A DNA stretch of 64,000 nucleotides from Basidiobolus meristosporus CBS 931.73 (lineage: Eukaryota; Fungi; Basidiobolomycota): contig MCFE01000142.1 of the NCBI GenBank assembly GCA_002104905.1, positions 62,001-126,000 on the forward strand, written 5' to 3'. The notes under the pieces were generated by a model that worked only from the letters and a program-made list of their open reading frames with translations, was not told the origin of the DNA and searched no databases. Shown here one piece after another: positions 1 to 12,300 of this stretch. Position numbers and translations under genes: made by a program. Position 1 is the first letter of the stretch; the number at the start of each line of letters is the position of its first letter.

Positions 1-320
1 CTGTATTCTTATCAAGTCCCTGCTGGTGGAGCTTACAGTTGTTGTGACTTTGGAAGCTTTAGTACATTGTCATCTCAAAGGACGCTGAACCCAGCACATA
101 CTTTTGCTAAGACGCCAACTAAGTTGGGGATTGTAGCTCAATAGTTTTCCCTTGACAAGCTTGTGGCTTTATTCCCCTTCACATTAGATTAGAGACAGAA
201 CCCAAGTATTCCTAGCAAGCTTTTGCCAGAGGTTATTGCACCCAGTGAACACCCCACACACAAAACACTTGAGTAGTGTTGGACGTATCTCTCCCTTGGA
301 CCTATACACCACCACACCGC
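1..320. repeat. Unidentified dispersed repeat; inverted homolog of ~34,870-35,200
   Basis: Long shared strings such as 'agtacattgtcatctcaaagga', 'cccttgacaagcttgtggc' and 'cacaaaacacttgag' match the reverse complement of 34.9-35.2 kb. Confidence 0.75.
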
Positions 321-430
321 ATACCCTGGCACAGTACAATGGAACAAGTCTATTGTAGTAATGGAATACTTTCCATTACCACATATCTTGATAAGTTCCT
401 CATATCCAAGTTACTATTTAACTTGCAATA

Positions 431-441
431 GGTTATGAGCC
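431..441 (+). promoter_or_regulatory. Primer-binding site GGTTATGAGCC of Copia A1 (complementary to the anticodon arm of initiator tRNA-Met)
   Basis: Directly follows the LTR end ...ttgcaata; the same motif follows the A2 5' LTR at 9,754. Confidence 0.8.
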
Positions 442-466
442 TTGATTGCCTTGACCTATTTTAAAG

Positions 467-1180
467 ATGACTTCTACCAGCAAACAGAACAATACAAACA
501 TCTTCCCTGTAAAGGAGAGGTTTGATGGGAAGAACTACGGACTTTGGAGAATCAGGATGTATATCCAGCTTGAGGAAAGAAAGCTTCAGTATATAGTAAC
601 AGGAAAAGAAGTTGAGCCCAAAGGAACAGCAGAAGAAGTGGAGAAGTTTCAAGAGAAGGAGAGAAAGGCCTTTGATGCTATATGTATCAATGTGCAAGAT
701 TCCTTCATTAGAGAAATCAGTGCTTCAAATACTGCCAAAGCAGTATGGGAATCCTTAGAGAAGATCTTTAGAGCAAAGTCAGTATCAAGCAAGCATTATT
801 TGACACAAAAATTCTTCAATATGAGGAAGAAGCCAGATGATGACATGCTACAACTCATTATCATAATGAAGACACTTGCAGAAGAGCTTTACAGTATTGA
901 TGCTGGTGTAGATGATGAAGAACAGATACTCTGTTGGCTTTGCAGATTACCAGACAGGTATAATCCACTCATACTTTCTTTAGAAAGCAGAGAGGACAAT
1001 TTGACTTTAGTCTATTTCAAAGGAAGACTTCTCCATGTGGATCTCAGACGTAATGATCAAGCAGAGAAAATTGAAGACAATGCTTTATTAAGCTCCAAAA
1101 GGCACACAGAAAAGAAGGGAAAAAAGCAAAACCTAAGAAAACCTGGTTGCTGTAATTACTGTAAGAAGCCAGGACACTAG
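467..1180 (+). pseudogene. Copia gag (Retrotran_gag_2/UBN2-like) ending at a premature TAG inside the zinc knuckle
   Basis: FDGKNYGLWRIRM...KKPGH*. Paralog A2 has CAC TGG where A1 has CAC TAG. Confidence 0.88.
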
Positions 1181-1437
1181 GCAAGAGAATACAAGAAGAA
1201 ACAAACAGACAAAAAACAGAAACTATAGTAGGCAAACCATATAACTTCTGATGAACATTTGTTTGTAACTGTCCAAGAGAGTGCAAGTAACCAAAGTAAT
1301 AAGTGGTACAATGATTGGAGTATCACAGCATATTTGTGGTATTAAGCAGTGGCTCAGTAACTTAAACAAAATTCCTGTAAGAAAGGTTTATCTGTGAGAC
1401 AACTCTGCACTGGAAGCTACCACCAGTGGGTCTATAC

Positions 1438-1786
1438 TGTTGTGAAAATTTGTAATTCCACCTAAATATTCACCTAACTTAGTCACTTGGATCATTACCC
1501 TTAAATCCTAGAGAATACTGACCAAATTCCTTGTTGGGATTTACTTAGAATATTTTCACCAAAATACCAGGTACCCAGAACATGAAAATTCTCAAAGTTG
1601 TCCAAACAGCCCCAAACTTTGCACACATGTTCTTGGGACCTTCCTTAACCTATTCTACATGTTTGTAATGCCAAGACCAGGTAAAAGTGTAAATACTACT
1701 TTTACATTCAATAAATCATTAAGTGAAAACCACAAAATCTACTTGTTCTCCCAATCACTTCCAATATCTCCAAGACCCTTACAACA
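1438..1786 (+). mobile_element. Solo LTR of Copia family C (349 bp) inserted in the A1 protease region
   Basis: TGTTGT...ACAACA termini, exact TSD TATAC at 1,433-1,437 and 1,787-1,791. About 96-97% identical to the 38.4/42.7-kb LTRs. The empty site is visible in A2 near 10,755 (gggtctatactgctaag). Confidence 0.96.
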
Positions 1787-4476
1787 TATACTACTAAGTC
1801 TGAGTGATATCTCAGGAGCTACAGCAGCAGCATGATTGATGTAGTCTACATACCTAGAATAGCTAATAACCCACTCTCAGTCAGTAAAGTAACTGTTCAG
1901 GGACTGAAACTTGCTATTACTAAGCTGAACTGCTCAATATTGAGTGAAAATGGACAAAAATTAGCTTTGGGAATCAGAGATGACAATATATACATGTTAC
2001 AATGCAAGATCAGAGTACCTGAGTATGCCAACATTGCTGAAACTGATGAAACTAACTGAGAGATGAGGTGTAGGAGGCTAGGGCACATTGGGGAACAGAA
2101 AATCAGCCAGTTGTGGAAAATGAGCTGGTTTTAGGCCTAATTTCTCAATTCCAATCAAATTGAGTGTCTGTAAGGGATGTTCAAATGGCAAACAAGCTAG
2201 GTAATGCTTCAGAAGCTCAGGAGGCATCAAAACCACCAAAATATTTGCTATTGCATACCCAGACATATGTGGGCCTATGAGAACACTGTCTTTTGGAGCC
2301 AAGAGATACTTTATGACATTTATTGATGACAAGACAAGATATACATTGGTATACTTCCTCACAACAAATGATGAGGCTATAGAAACATTTAAAAACTTCA
2401 AGAACATGGCACAAACACAACAGGGTATAAATTGAAGATACTTCACAGTGACAATGGAGGGCAATTCTGCCAAAAGGAGCTTGCAGAATACTACTCATCT
2501 ACTGGTATACTTCAACAGACCACAGTTACACATACCCCACAGCAAAATGAAGTAGCAGATCATTCAAGTAGAGCTATAATAGAGATTGATCATCATCTAT
2601 GCTGCATGATAAGGGAATGGACTACAGGTTTTGGGCCAAATCTGTTGCTACTGCAGTACACATAAAAAATAGATGCCCAAAAGCAGCCCTACATGATGCT
2701 CCACCTTTTGAAGCATATTCAGGCAAAGAACCAGAACTCCAGCACCTCAGGATCTTTGTGAGTGGTGTTGTTTATCACTTCCCTGACAAAATGCAATCAA
2801 AGCTGGAACCAAAGTGTAGAAAAGGGATCTTTCTTGGGTATTGTGATGATACTAAAGGGTATAGAGTGTATGATGGCAAAATTCAAAAGCGGATCAAGAG
2901 CAGGGATGTTGTATTGGAGGAGAATTCAGATCAGAAAACTACAGAATTCATTGGCCAGCTGCCTGATGATACAATCTACACTAATGAAGAAGATACATAC
3001 CAAATTCAGCCAGATACAGAATATAATTTTACCAGTTTCAGAGCAGTGCAGATTATCCCAGTTAGAATATCTACCAGAAAAAGAAATGCCCCTGTATCCT
3101 GGTGGCAGACATCCATTGATTATGAAGAGGCTTGTCTTGCCTTATGTGCCAAACCTCAGGATCTGGAACAGGCAATACAAAGTACAGATACTATTATGTA
3201 ACAACAAGCCATGTAGGAGGAGTACCAATCACTGATCAAAGCAAAAATGTGAGAACTGGTAGATTTACCAATTGGGAGAAAGCCAATAGGATGTAGATGG
3301 GTCTACAAGATCAAGATAACCTCAAATGGTACCGTTGATAGGTACAGGACTTTATTGGTAGCCAAAGGCTATTCCTAGATGCAGAGACTAGACTTTGAGG
3401 AAACATTTGATCTGGCTGTCAAGGTTAACTCCATTGGGACAGTTCTAGCCCTGGCAGCTGTACACAGTCTAGATCTACACTTAATGGACATCAAAACAGA
3501 CTTTTTAATTGGCTATTTGCAAAAAACTATATATATGGAGCAACCTGCAGGTTTTATTGCTCCAAACGGCCTCCATGAGGTGTACAGACTTGAGAAGTTG
3601 TTGTATGGGCTTAAGCAGGCACCTAGAGCATTATATAACAAGATTGACACATATCTAGAGGAGTTTGGGTTTATTTGTAACACTGCAGATCACAGTGTAT
3701 ATGTGAAACAGCTCAAAAAGGGTGTTGTCATCCTAGTTCTGTATGTGGATGACTTAACAATAGCTACAAGTAACCAGGAGGCACTTAAACAGACAAGATC
3801 AGATTTCTTCAGTAAGTTTGAGATTAAAGATCTTGGAAAAACTAACTATTTCTTGAAATTAAAGTGAACTTTGACATACACTAGCAGAAAACTGTGCTAA
3901 ATCAGTCAAAGTACATCAGGCACATTCTTGGATGCTTCAGAATGAAAAATTTCAGGCCTGCAGCTACCCCTATGGACAAAATCTAAAATGAGCAAATCTC
4001 AGCCAGGTTGAGATGAAAACAACTCAAATATGGACCAAAACTTTCCCTATCAATTGATGCTTAGTAGCTTTATGTTCCTGATAGTGTCTACATGTCCTGA
4101 TAATGCAGTGTCAGTTGGAATAGTCATTCAACTCATGCAGAATTTGAATCAGATCAAATTACAGCAGTTATGCAGATTTTGAGATATCTACAAGGTACCA
4201 TAAATATAGTACTGGAATACTTGGGAGCAGCTGATAGGCAAAGAGTTGATGGTTATAGTTATTTAGATTGGGGTAGAGATCTGACTGGCAGATGCTCTAC
4301 TACCAGGCATGTATTTCTTTATCCAGATGTAGCTAAAATTTACTTAACAATTCTAGACTAGTCTTGGTCACTGTAGGACTTATTTAAAGCCCCAACTTTA
4401 CCAGTTTCTTCACATCTATGATCCTAAGATTATTCCCCCATAGTGAAGATTAAATAAACACTTTTTACCAAACATT

Positions 4477-4883
4477 AGACTTGTTCCGTTGGATAGTGCC
4501 ACATTGAGCAATGAGTGCCAAATGATGCCATAGTGTGCCAGGGAGGCTAAATGAGCCTGTACTTGTCCACAGAGTGTGAAACATAGCTCTGCATCTTCAT
4601 GCTAAGCTACCCATGTGTTTCACCTATTGTGCTGAAGAAAATCCTTTTTTTGACCTTTTTTTTAGGTCAATGTTGTGCAGGATGTGCAAGAGCGCAGAAG
4701 AACTGAAGACAGGCATCAGGTACTCAACACCCATGGCACTCTGAATCTAGCTCCTGCGGCTTGTATCATGTCACAAAAATGTATGGCACTATCTTGGTCC
4801 ACTGGTGCTATCTGGCACTATATTTAATTATTAGCCCTAAAGTAAGATCTATACAAAGCACTTAGAGTGCAAGATAGTACCAC
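4477..4883 (+). mobile_element. Truncated fold-back MITE (one full arm, spacer, ~20 bp of second arm)
   Basis: Starts AGACTTGTTCCGTTGGATAGTGCCAC, carries GTGCCA/TGGCAC motifs, and has the same ~42-bp spacer as the 6.85-kb and 28.4-kb copies. Confidence 0.85.
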
Positions 4884-6610
4884 ACTGCAGGCAAACAGTG
4901 CCTGGTCAATATACTCATCCCATCTACCTAAAGCTCCACATGCATAATTAGACAGCATTTCTTCAAATAATCCATTACACTGCTCAATGACTCTATGAGC
5001 ACAAGAATGATATGCCATAGCTTGCAAGCATCTGATCTGCAGCATATCCCAGTAGGTCTCTGATGTTCTTACCATAAATCTTTTCCCTCTATTGGATAGA
5101 ATTTCCATAATGCATTCAAATTTCAATGGGATCTCATGGTAGATGAAACTTGCAACTTCTTGCTCTATGGCTGCTGGTACAGCTCTAGCTACCAGCCATC
5201 TGGTGGCATAGTTAATTGCTACCAAGATCTACCAATTGTATCTTCTAGTAGTAGGCAGTCTTCCAATAAAGTTAATTCCCCCTCTGTCAATCAATCTTAC
5301 TGGCTCCCAAGAAGCAAATTCAAGGGATCTGAGTGGCATGGGCCCCTCCAATCAAATGATAGACTATAGTTGAATAGCCATGTTTTTCAAGCACCAGGTC
5401 AAATTTGTGGTTTCCAGATATGTCGGTCTGCATGTCTTTTTCATAGTCATTGTACTTTATTCTTGCTGGCTGTGTAATATAGGTAGTTATGTGAGAGTTC
5501 TCAGCAGCTGTTGAAACTGAAGTTGATTAAGTAGATTCCAAATTAATTCCAGTTTTTAAGGCAAATTGAACTGATATGTGTTCTTGTGATGCTCCTGATT
5601 CAATCATGATTTTGACAGGTACTCCATTGATTACTCCATTCAAGTATAATAGTTTTCCTGAGTTTAAGGTCCTTTGGGACAAATATATGTCTGTTGTATG
5701 AAATGTGAGTTCTGAGTCTTCTTCAAGTTTGTCCTCCACTTCACTTTGTCCATGGGCTACAATAGGGCTAAAGATTCTTGTGACTGGTGTAAATTTCTTC
5801 TGTGAGGGCAGTACTCTCAGATGTACCCATGCTGATGGCAGTTGAAACAAGTTCTTTCTTCTTGCATTCTGCTGACCTGGGATTCTACAGCATAGAATCT
5901 ATTTCATTGGTACTGCTTCTGTTGGTCTTCTTGTATAATGATTGAAGCTTTTGCAACAAGTGACTGTAGGCTTTCCAACTGCATACATTGCCAAGTCATA
6001 GTCAATGACAATGATGATGGCTTCTTTAATAGTCTGTGGTCTTAGCTAATTCACTTTCTTGCAAATTCTTTCTTTTAAACTATCAACAAAGTATTCAACC
6101 TGATCAAGGGGCTCCATTCATTCAATCTGTACAAGTAGATATCTATACTGATAGAAGTACTCTTGAACCATTCCTTTCTGACTGAGTGTCTTCAGCTTCT
6201 GCCCTATTATTGATTGCTGGTGTGGAGGCTTAAAAGCATACTGAATTTCCAACACATTCTTATCTCAGGTAGGGGTAGTTGAGCATCCCATCATAGTGGC
6301 TGACACAATCTTGTTGAAGTACCACCATAAGGCTGCATTTACTAAGTAGGCACTGCATAATGCAACTTGCTTTCTGGGGCAACTTCTTTATCCCCAAAAC
6401 TTCTTCAATTTGAAAGTGCCAAGTTCCCAGGTCTTCATTGACTCAATCTTGTACCAGTTGACCTTTATACTTGAGTTGCTCTTGGCAGGGCTTTACTTAT
6501 TCTGGGCCATGGTATTCATTCCTTGTTGCTGCTGACTGAACATCTGGAGTAACTGCTGCTGTTGGGTCAGGATTTGCTGCATAGCATTCTTCAATTCTTG
6601 ATTTTGATAC
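4884..6610 (-). mobile_element. Ty3/Gypsy family G1, internally deleted copy a (gag, PR, part of IN)
   Basis: Protease GVINGVPVKIMIESGASQEHIS (5,527-5,850); integrase AINYATRWLVARAV/EILSNRG (4,824-5,225); homologous to the 16.5-21.3-kb copy. Confidence 0.85.
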
Positions 6611-6611
6611 A

Positions 6612-6850
6612 GCCAAGCTCTAGCATTACACTCATCAACCAGGAGGCAAGATACTGACTACAAGTACACAAGTAGCCAAGATGATGGTCAAAAGAAGTAG
6701 TTTAGGTGTGCAGGGTGAATGCAGTCAAATGCCTCAGTATTTATCCTTGTGAGAAAAAAATCATGCATCATGATCCAATCAATAATTTTTTTGGCAATCT
6801 GTTTTAAGCCTTTACAAACCAGTATTTACTAAGTCTTTTGTATAAGTAAT
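6612..6850 (+). repeat. Fragment of the 3' end of the Harbinger companion ORF and its downstream sequence
   Basis: 'actcatcaaccaggaggcaagatactgac...caagtagccaagatgat...gtgagaaaaaaa' matches 31,420-31,690. Confidence 0.8.
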
Positions 6851-7559
6851 AGACTTGTTCTGTTGGACAAATGATGCCATAGTGTGCCAACAAGGCTAAG
6901 TGAGCCTATACTTGGCCACAGGGTGCGAAACATAGCTCTTTGTCTTCATGCAAAGTGGCCCCTGTGTTTCACCCATTGTTTGGGAGAAAATCTATTTTTT
7001 GACCTTTTTTTCTGGATCAATGTTGTGCAGGATGTGAAACAGCACAGAAGGACTGAAGACATGCATCTGGTACTCAATACCCATGGCACTCTGAATCTAG
7101 CTCCTGTGGCTTGTGTCATGTCACAAAAATGCATGGCACTATCTTGGTCCACTAGTACTATCTGGCACTATGAGTGCTTCAAGTTGGTTTTACTTTAGGG
7201 CTCATATTTAAATATAGTGCCAGATAGTACTAGTGGACCAAGATAGTGCCATGCATTTTTGTGACATGACACAAGCCACAGGAGCTAGATTCAGAGTGCC
7301 ATGGGTATTGAGTACCAGATGCATGTCTTCAGTCCTTCTGTGCTGTTTCACATCCTGCACAACATTGATCCAGAAAAAAAGGTCAAAAAATAGATTTTCT
7401 CCCAAACAATGGGTGAAACACAGGGGTTGCTTTGCATGAAAATGAGGAGTAATGTTTCACACTCTGTAGCCAAATTTAGGTCTGCTATGCCTTTCTGGCA
7501 CTCATTGGCACTATTTGGCACTCATGGCTCAATGTAGCACTATCCAATAGAACAAGTCT
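6851..7559. mobile_element. Complete fold-back MITE (~709 bp): two ~320-345 bp inverted arms around a 42-bp spacer
   Basis: AGACTTGTTC...GAACAAGTCT termini flanked by AAT/AAT; 6,959-7,171 is the exact reverse complement of 7,214-7,426. Confidence 0.9.
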
Positions 7560-7740
7560 AATATTTGGTGAAAAACATTAATTTGATCTTCACTAAAAGG
7601 GAATAATCCTAGGATCATAGATGTGCAGAAACTGGCACAATTGGAGCTGCAAATAAGTCCTACAATGACTAAGACTAGTCTGGAAATGTTAAGTAAACTT
7701 TTAGCTGCAGAATGATACCAAATAGCCCAATATTTTAACA
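7560..7740 (-). repeat. Partial LTR of Copia family A
   Basis: Reverse complement begins TGTTAAAATATTGGGCTATTTGGTATCATTCTGCAGC, as in the other family-A LTRs. Confidence 0.85.
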
Positions 7741-9383
7741 GTGCTTGGTCTATTGACTTATCCCATCTACTGACAGCTCCATTAGCAAACTTGGTCCGCA
7801 TTTTCTCAAATAATCCACTGAACCACTTGGTAGCTCCATAAATTCTAGGGTGAGCTGCCAAGGTTTTCAGGTGTTTGATCTGCCGCATTTCTAAGTAAGC
7901 TTCCCATATCTTTGCCATAAGGTGTGCTTCTCTATTGGCTAAAATCTCTACAGGGCATCCAAACTGCATAAGCATCTCATGGTAGATGAAACATGCAACT
8001 TTTTGCTCACTGGCTACATGTACAGCATTAGCAACTGGCTATTTAATGGTATGGTCAACTGTTCCCTGGCACACTATGGCATCATTTGGCACTCATGGCT
8101 CAATGTGGCACTATCCAACAGAACAAGTTTAAAGAGTTCAGCAATTCTCTGTGGTTGACCTTAGTTGATATGGCAGTTTGGGTTTGCTTCAACCAGCTTC
8201 TCAATATCTTGCTTGGTTGCAATGCACTGGCTTTCACAAGGCTATAGGTTCCTCCAATTCCAAGATGTCCATATCTGTTGTGCAGCTTATGCATTAAGTC
8301 CAGACAAGCTACACAAGGGCAATAGGCAATGGGGCTTCTATCAGCAACTTGGTAGAGTGTTTTATCCTGTATTACAAACTTGTTGGCTTCATCCTTAATT
8401 ATCTTCTTGATCTATTCATCCACCTCAATAGGAATAGCTTGGCCCTCCAAGTATATTGGGAATAAGCTAGGTCAATATGATTCATATCACCAAGCTGAGT
8501 TGTGCAACTTGTTCTACACTTGGTGAGGCATCAGCAACTGTATTGTGTTTCTGGGGCAGTATAAAATCTCCAACCCAAACTGCTCAATGTATTTACTCCA
8601 TCTTGTCATTCTTATAGAGAGTACATTCTGAGTAAAGATATACTTGAGTGGGGCATGATCAATTGCTATGTGTCACAGTCTTTCAACATGCTCCTTCAAG
8701 AATTCCCACTTTGCTAGCTTGCCATAGAGCTTGTTCTCTCTTAGCTTCTTCAAGACCTTTTCAACATGTACCAGGTGTTCCTCTTCTGTCTTGCTGTATA
8801 CCAATATGTTTTCTAGGTAGATTATCACAAACTTGTCTAAGTACTCCTGGAAGATGGTCTGTATCAGAGTCACAAATGTTGCAGGGGCATTGGTGAGGCC
8901 AAAACTCATGACTAAGCACTTGTAATGTCCATATCTGGTCTAAAATGCTGTCTTAGGGATGTTTTGTGGTTTCACCCTGATCTGGTTGTATCCTGACATG
9001 AGGTCAATCTTGCTGAATATTGTGACTCCAGTGAGTTGGTCCAAAACCTCATTAAGCCAAGGTATGAGGTACAAATTCTTAATGGCAACTGAGTTGCAGG
9101 CTCTGCAGGCAATGCACATCTTAAGTGTTCTATCCTTCTGTTTCACAAAAGTACTGGTGCTTTTGATCCCAGCTTTCAAGGCATATTTCTCAGATCTGAG
9201 CTCATGTGCTGCTCCTAAGTCTATCATGTTCTTGGCAGACACCTCATTAATTACTTCACCCAATTACAATAGATATCCCTTGTTTGAGTTCATTTGGGAT
9301 AGGTATTCCTTGGTCATATGGAAGATGAGTTCTGAGCCTTCTTCAAGTTCATTCATCATATTACCATGCTTAAGGGCTTCAAC
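7741..9383 (-). mobile_element. Gypsy G1 copy b, pol part (RT/RNase H/IN with deletions); continues at 14,396-15,310
   Basis: FSKIDLMSGYNQIRV, MSFGLTNAPATF, IYLENILVYS. Split from its gag part by Copia A2. Confidence 0.88.
8064..8130 (-). repeat. Isolated MITE/Harbinger terminal fragment
   Basis: 'tggcactcatggctcaatgtggcactatccaacagaacaagttt' is the terminal ~67 bp of the MITE arm. Confidence 0.8.
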
Positions 9384-12300
9384 TATTGGAGTATTTGACT
9401 ATTTGGTATCATTCAGCAGCTAAGAATTTACTTAACAACTCTATACTGGTCTTGATCACTGTAGAACTTGTTTACAGCCCCAACTTTGCCAGATTCTTCA
9501 CATCTATGATCCTTTGATTATTCCCTTGTAGTGAAGATCAAATTAATGCTTTTTACCAAACATTGTGTGTTAACCTTGAAACTGTTACAGAATGCAGCTG
9601 GATGGTAAGAAAACCCCCTTTCTTGGTGCTACAGCTGTATTACCTCCACAAAGGTATAAATACCAATCTACTTGATGAATAAACAACAATTCAACTATTA
9701 TCACTGTATCTTGATAAGTTCCTTTTATCCAAATTACTTCTTAAATTGCAATAGGTTATGAGCCCCAATTGCCTTAACCTATCCTTACAATTATTTTCAC
9801 CAGCAAACAGAGCAATAGAAACATCTTCCCTGTAAAGGAGAGGTTTGATGGGAAGAACTAAAGACTTTGGAAAATCAAGATGCCAATCCACCTTGAGGAA
9901 AGAAAGCTTTGGTACATAGTAACAGGAAAAGAAGTTGAGCCCAAAGGAACAGCAGAAGAAGTGGAAAAGTCTTAAGAGAAGGAGAGAAAGGCCTTTAATG
10001 CTATATGTATCAATGTGGAAGATTCCTTCATTAGAAAAATCAATGCCTCAAATACTGTCAAAGCAGTATGGGAATCCTTAGAGAAGATCTTTAGAGCAAA
10101 ATCAGTATCAAGCAAGCTTTATCTAATACAAAAATTCTTCAACATGAAGAAGAAGCCAGATGATGACATGTTACAACGCATTACTAGAATGGAGAAACTT
10201 GCAGAAGAACTTTACAGTATTAATGCCAGTGCAGATGATGAAGAAAAAATACTATGTCTGCTTTGCAGCCTATCAGAAAAGTATAAGCCATTCATACTTT
10301 CTTTTGAAAGCAGAGAAGACAATTTGACTTTAGACTAAGTCAAAGGAAGTCTTCTCCATGTAGAACACAGAAATAATGACCAAGCAGAGAAAATTGGTTA
10401 TAATGCACTGTTCAGCTCAGAGGGGCACGCAGGAAAGAATGGAAAGCAACAAAACCAAAGAAAACCCGGTTGCTGTAACTACTGTAAGAAGCCAGGACAC
10501 TGGGCAAGAGAATGCAGGAAGAAACAAGCAAACAAAAAACAGAAACTGGAGCAGGCACACCATGTAACTGCTGATGAACAGTTATTTGTAACTGTACAAG
10601 AGAGTGCAAGTAACCAAAGTAATGAATGGTATATTGACTTTGGAGCATCACAGCATACTTGTTGTATAAACAATTGGTTCAGCAACCTGAAGACAATTCC
10701 CGTAAGAAATGTTTATCTGGGAGACAACTCTGCACAGGAAGCTACTGCCAGTGGGTCTATACTGCTAAGTATGAGTGATATCTCAGGGGCTACAGCATTA
10801 AAACTTACTGACGTACCCTATGTCCCTGGAATAGCTAAGAACCTATTCATAATCAGTAGAGCAACCACTTGGGGACTGAAAATCATATTTATTAAGCTGA
10901 ACTGTTTAATATTGAGTGAAAATGGACAAAAATTAGCTCTGGGAAATAAATTTCACAATAAAAACAAGTTACAATGCAAGATCATTGTACCTGAGTATGC
11001 CAACATTGTTGAAACTGAAGAAACTAACTGAGAGACAGGGCATAGGAGGCTAAGACACATTGCGGAACAGAAAATGAGCCAATTGATGAAAATGAGCTTG
11101 TTTCAGGCCTAAATTACTCAATTCCATTCTAATTGAGTGATTGTAAGGGATGTTCACATGGCAAACAAGCTAGGTGATTTTTCAGGAGCTCAGGAGGCAT
11201 TAGCACCCACAAAATATAGGCTATTATACACTCAGACATTTGTGGGCCCATGAGAACCTAGTCCTTTGTAGCCAAGAAATACTTTGTGATGTTTAATGAT
11301 TACAAGATAGGATATACATGGGTATACTTCCTCAAAGCAAAGGATGAGGCTTTAGAGATGTTTAGATACTTCAAGAACTTGGCAGAAACACAAACTGGGT
11401 GTAAATTGAAGATACTTCAAAGCAACAATGGAGGGTAAAACTGCTCAAAGGAGTTTGCAAAATACTGCGCATCTATTGGTATACTTCAACAGACCACAGT
11501 TACACATACACAAATGAAGTAGCAGGACATACAAACAGAACCATAATAGAGATAGATCATCTATGCTACATAATAAGGGAATGGACTACAGGTTTTGGGC
11601 CAAATCTGTTGCTACTGCAGTATACATCAAAAATAGCTGCCCAACAACAGCACTACATGATTCTACACCTTTTGAAGCATATACATGCAAAGAACTAGAA
11701 CTCCAGCACCTCAGGATATTTGTGAGTAATGTCTTTTATCGCATCCCTGACAAAAAATGCTCAACGCTGGAACCAAAGAGTAGAAAAGGGATCTTTCTTG
11801 GAAATTGAGATGATACTAAAGGGTATAGAGTGTATGATGGCAAAATTTAGAAGCTGATCAGTAACAGGGACGGTGTATTTGGGGAGTATTCAAGGCAGAA
11901 AGCCACGGGAATCATTGGCCCGCTGCCTGATAATGCAATCTACACTAATGAAGAAGATACATACCAAATTCAGCTAGATATGGAAGATATTTCCACCAGT
12001 TCCAGATAAAGAGCAGATTATCCCAGTTAGGAGATCTACCAGAATAAGTAATGCCCCTGGATCCTAGTTGCAAACATCCAATGATTATGAAGAAGCCTAT
12101 CTTGCCTTATGCGCCAAACCTCAGAATCTGGAACAGCCATGCAAGAGCAGTACCAATCCATGATCAAAGCAAAAACATGGGAACTGGTAAATTCACCAAA
12201 TGGGAGAAAGCCAGTAGGATGTAGATGGGTCTACAAGATCAAAATAGCCTAAATGGTACTGTTGATAAGTACAAGGCTAGATTAGTGGCTAAAGGCTATT

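Larger units (their letters stand above)
378..4476 (+). mobile_element. Degenerate Ty1/Copia retrotransposon, family A, copy A1 (truncated 5' LTR, gag-PR-IN-RT, RNase H mostly deleted, partial 3' LTR ~4,330-4,476)
   Basis: Gag ORF 467-1180 with CNYCKKPGH knuckle. Integrase LHSDNGGQF/PQQNEVA/RFWAKSVATAVHIKNR (2,432-3,201). RT HLMDIKTDFL/LYGLKQAPR/LYVDDL (3,379-3,867). IN precedes RT, the Copia order. Confidence 0.92.

Noticed and set aside
4490-4560. GTGCCA repeats (also 7,490-7,545 and 28,890-28,980) as a CRISPR-like array
   Set aside because: The motif is only 6 bp, irregularly spaced, without unique spacers, and in eukaryotic context. These are subterminal transposon repeats.
6884-7439. 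Duplicated small peptides (GENLFFDLFFW..., MDQDSAMHF...) as a tandem gene pair
   Set aside because: They are translations of the two arms of a non-coding palindromic MITE.
7529-7975. 148-aa ORF as a real protein
   Set aside because: It is a chance fusion of Gypsy integrase, LTR and MITE sequence; the same LTR peptide recurs at 12,436-12,690.
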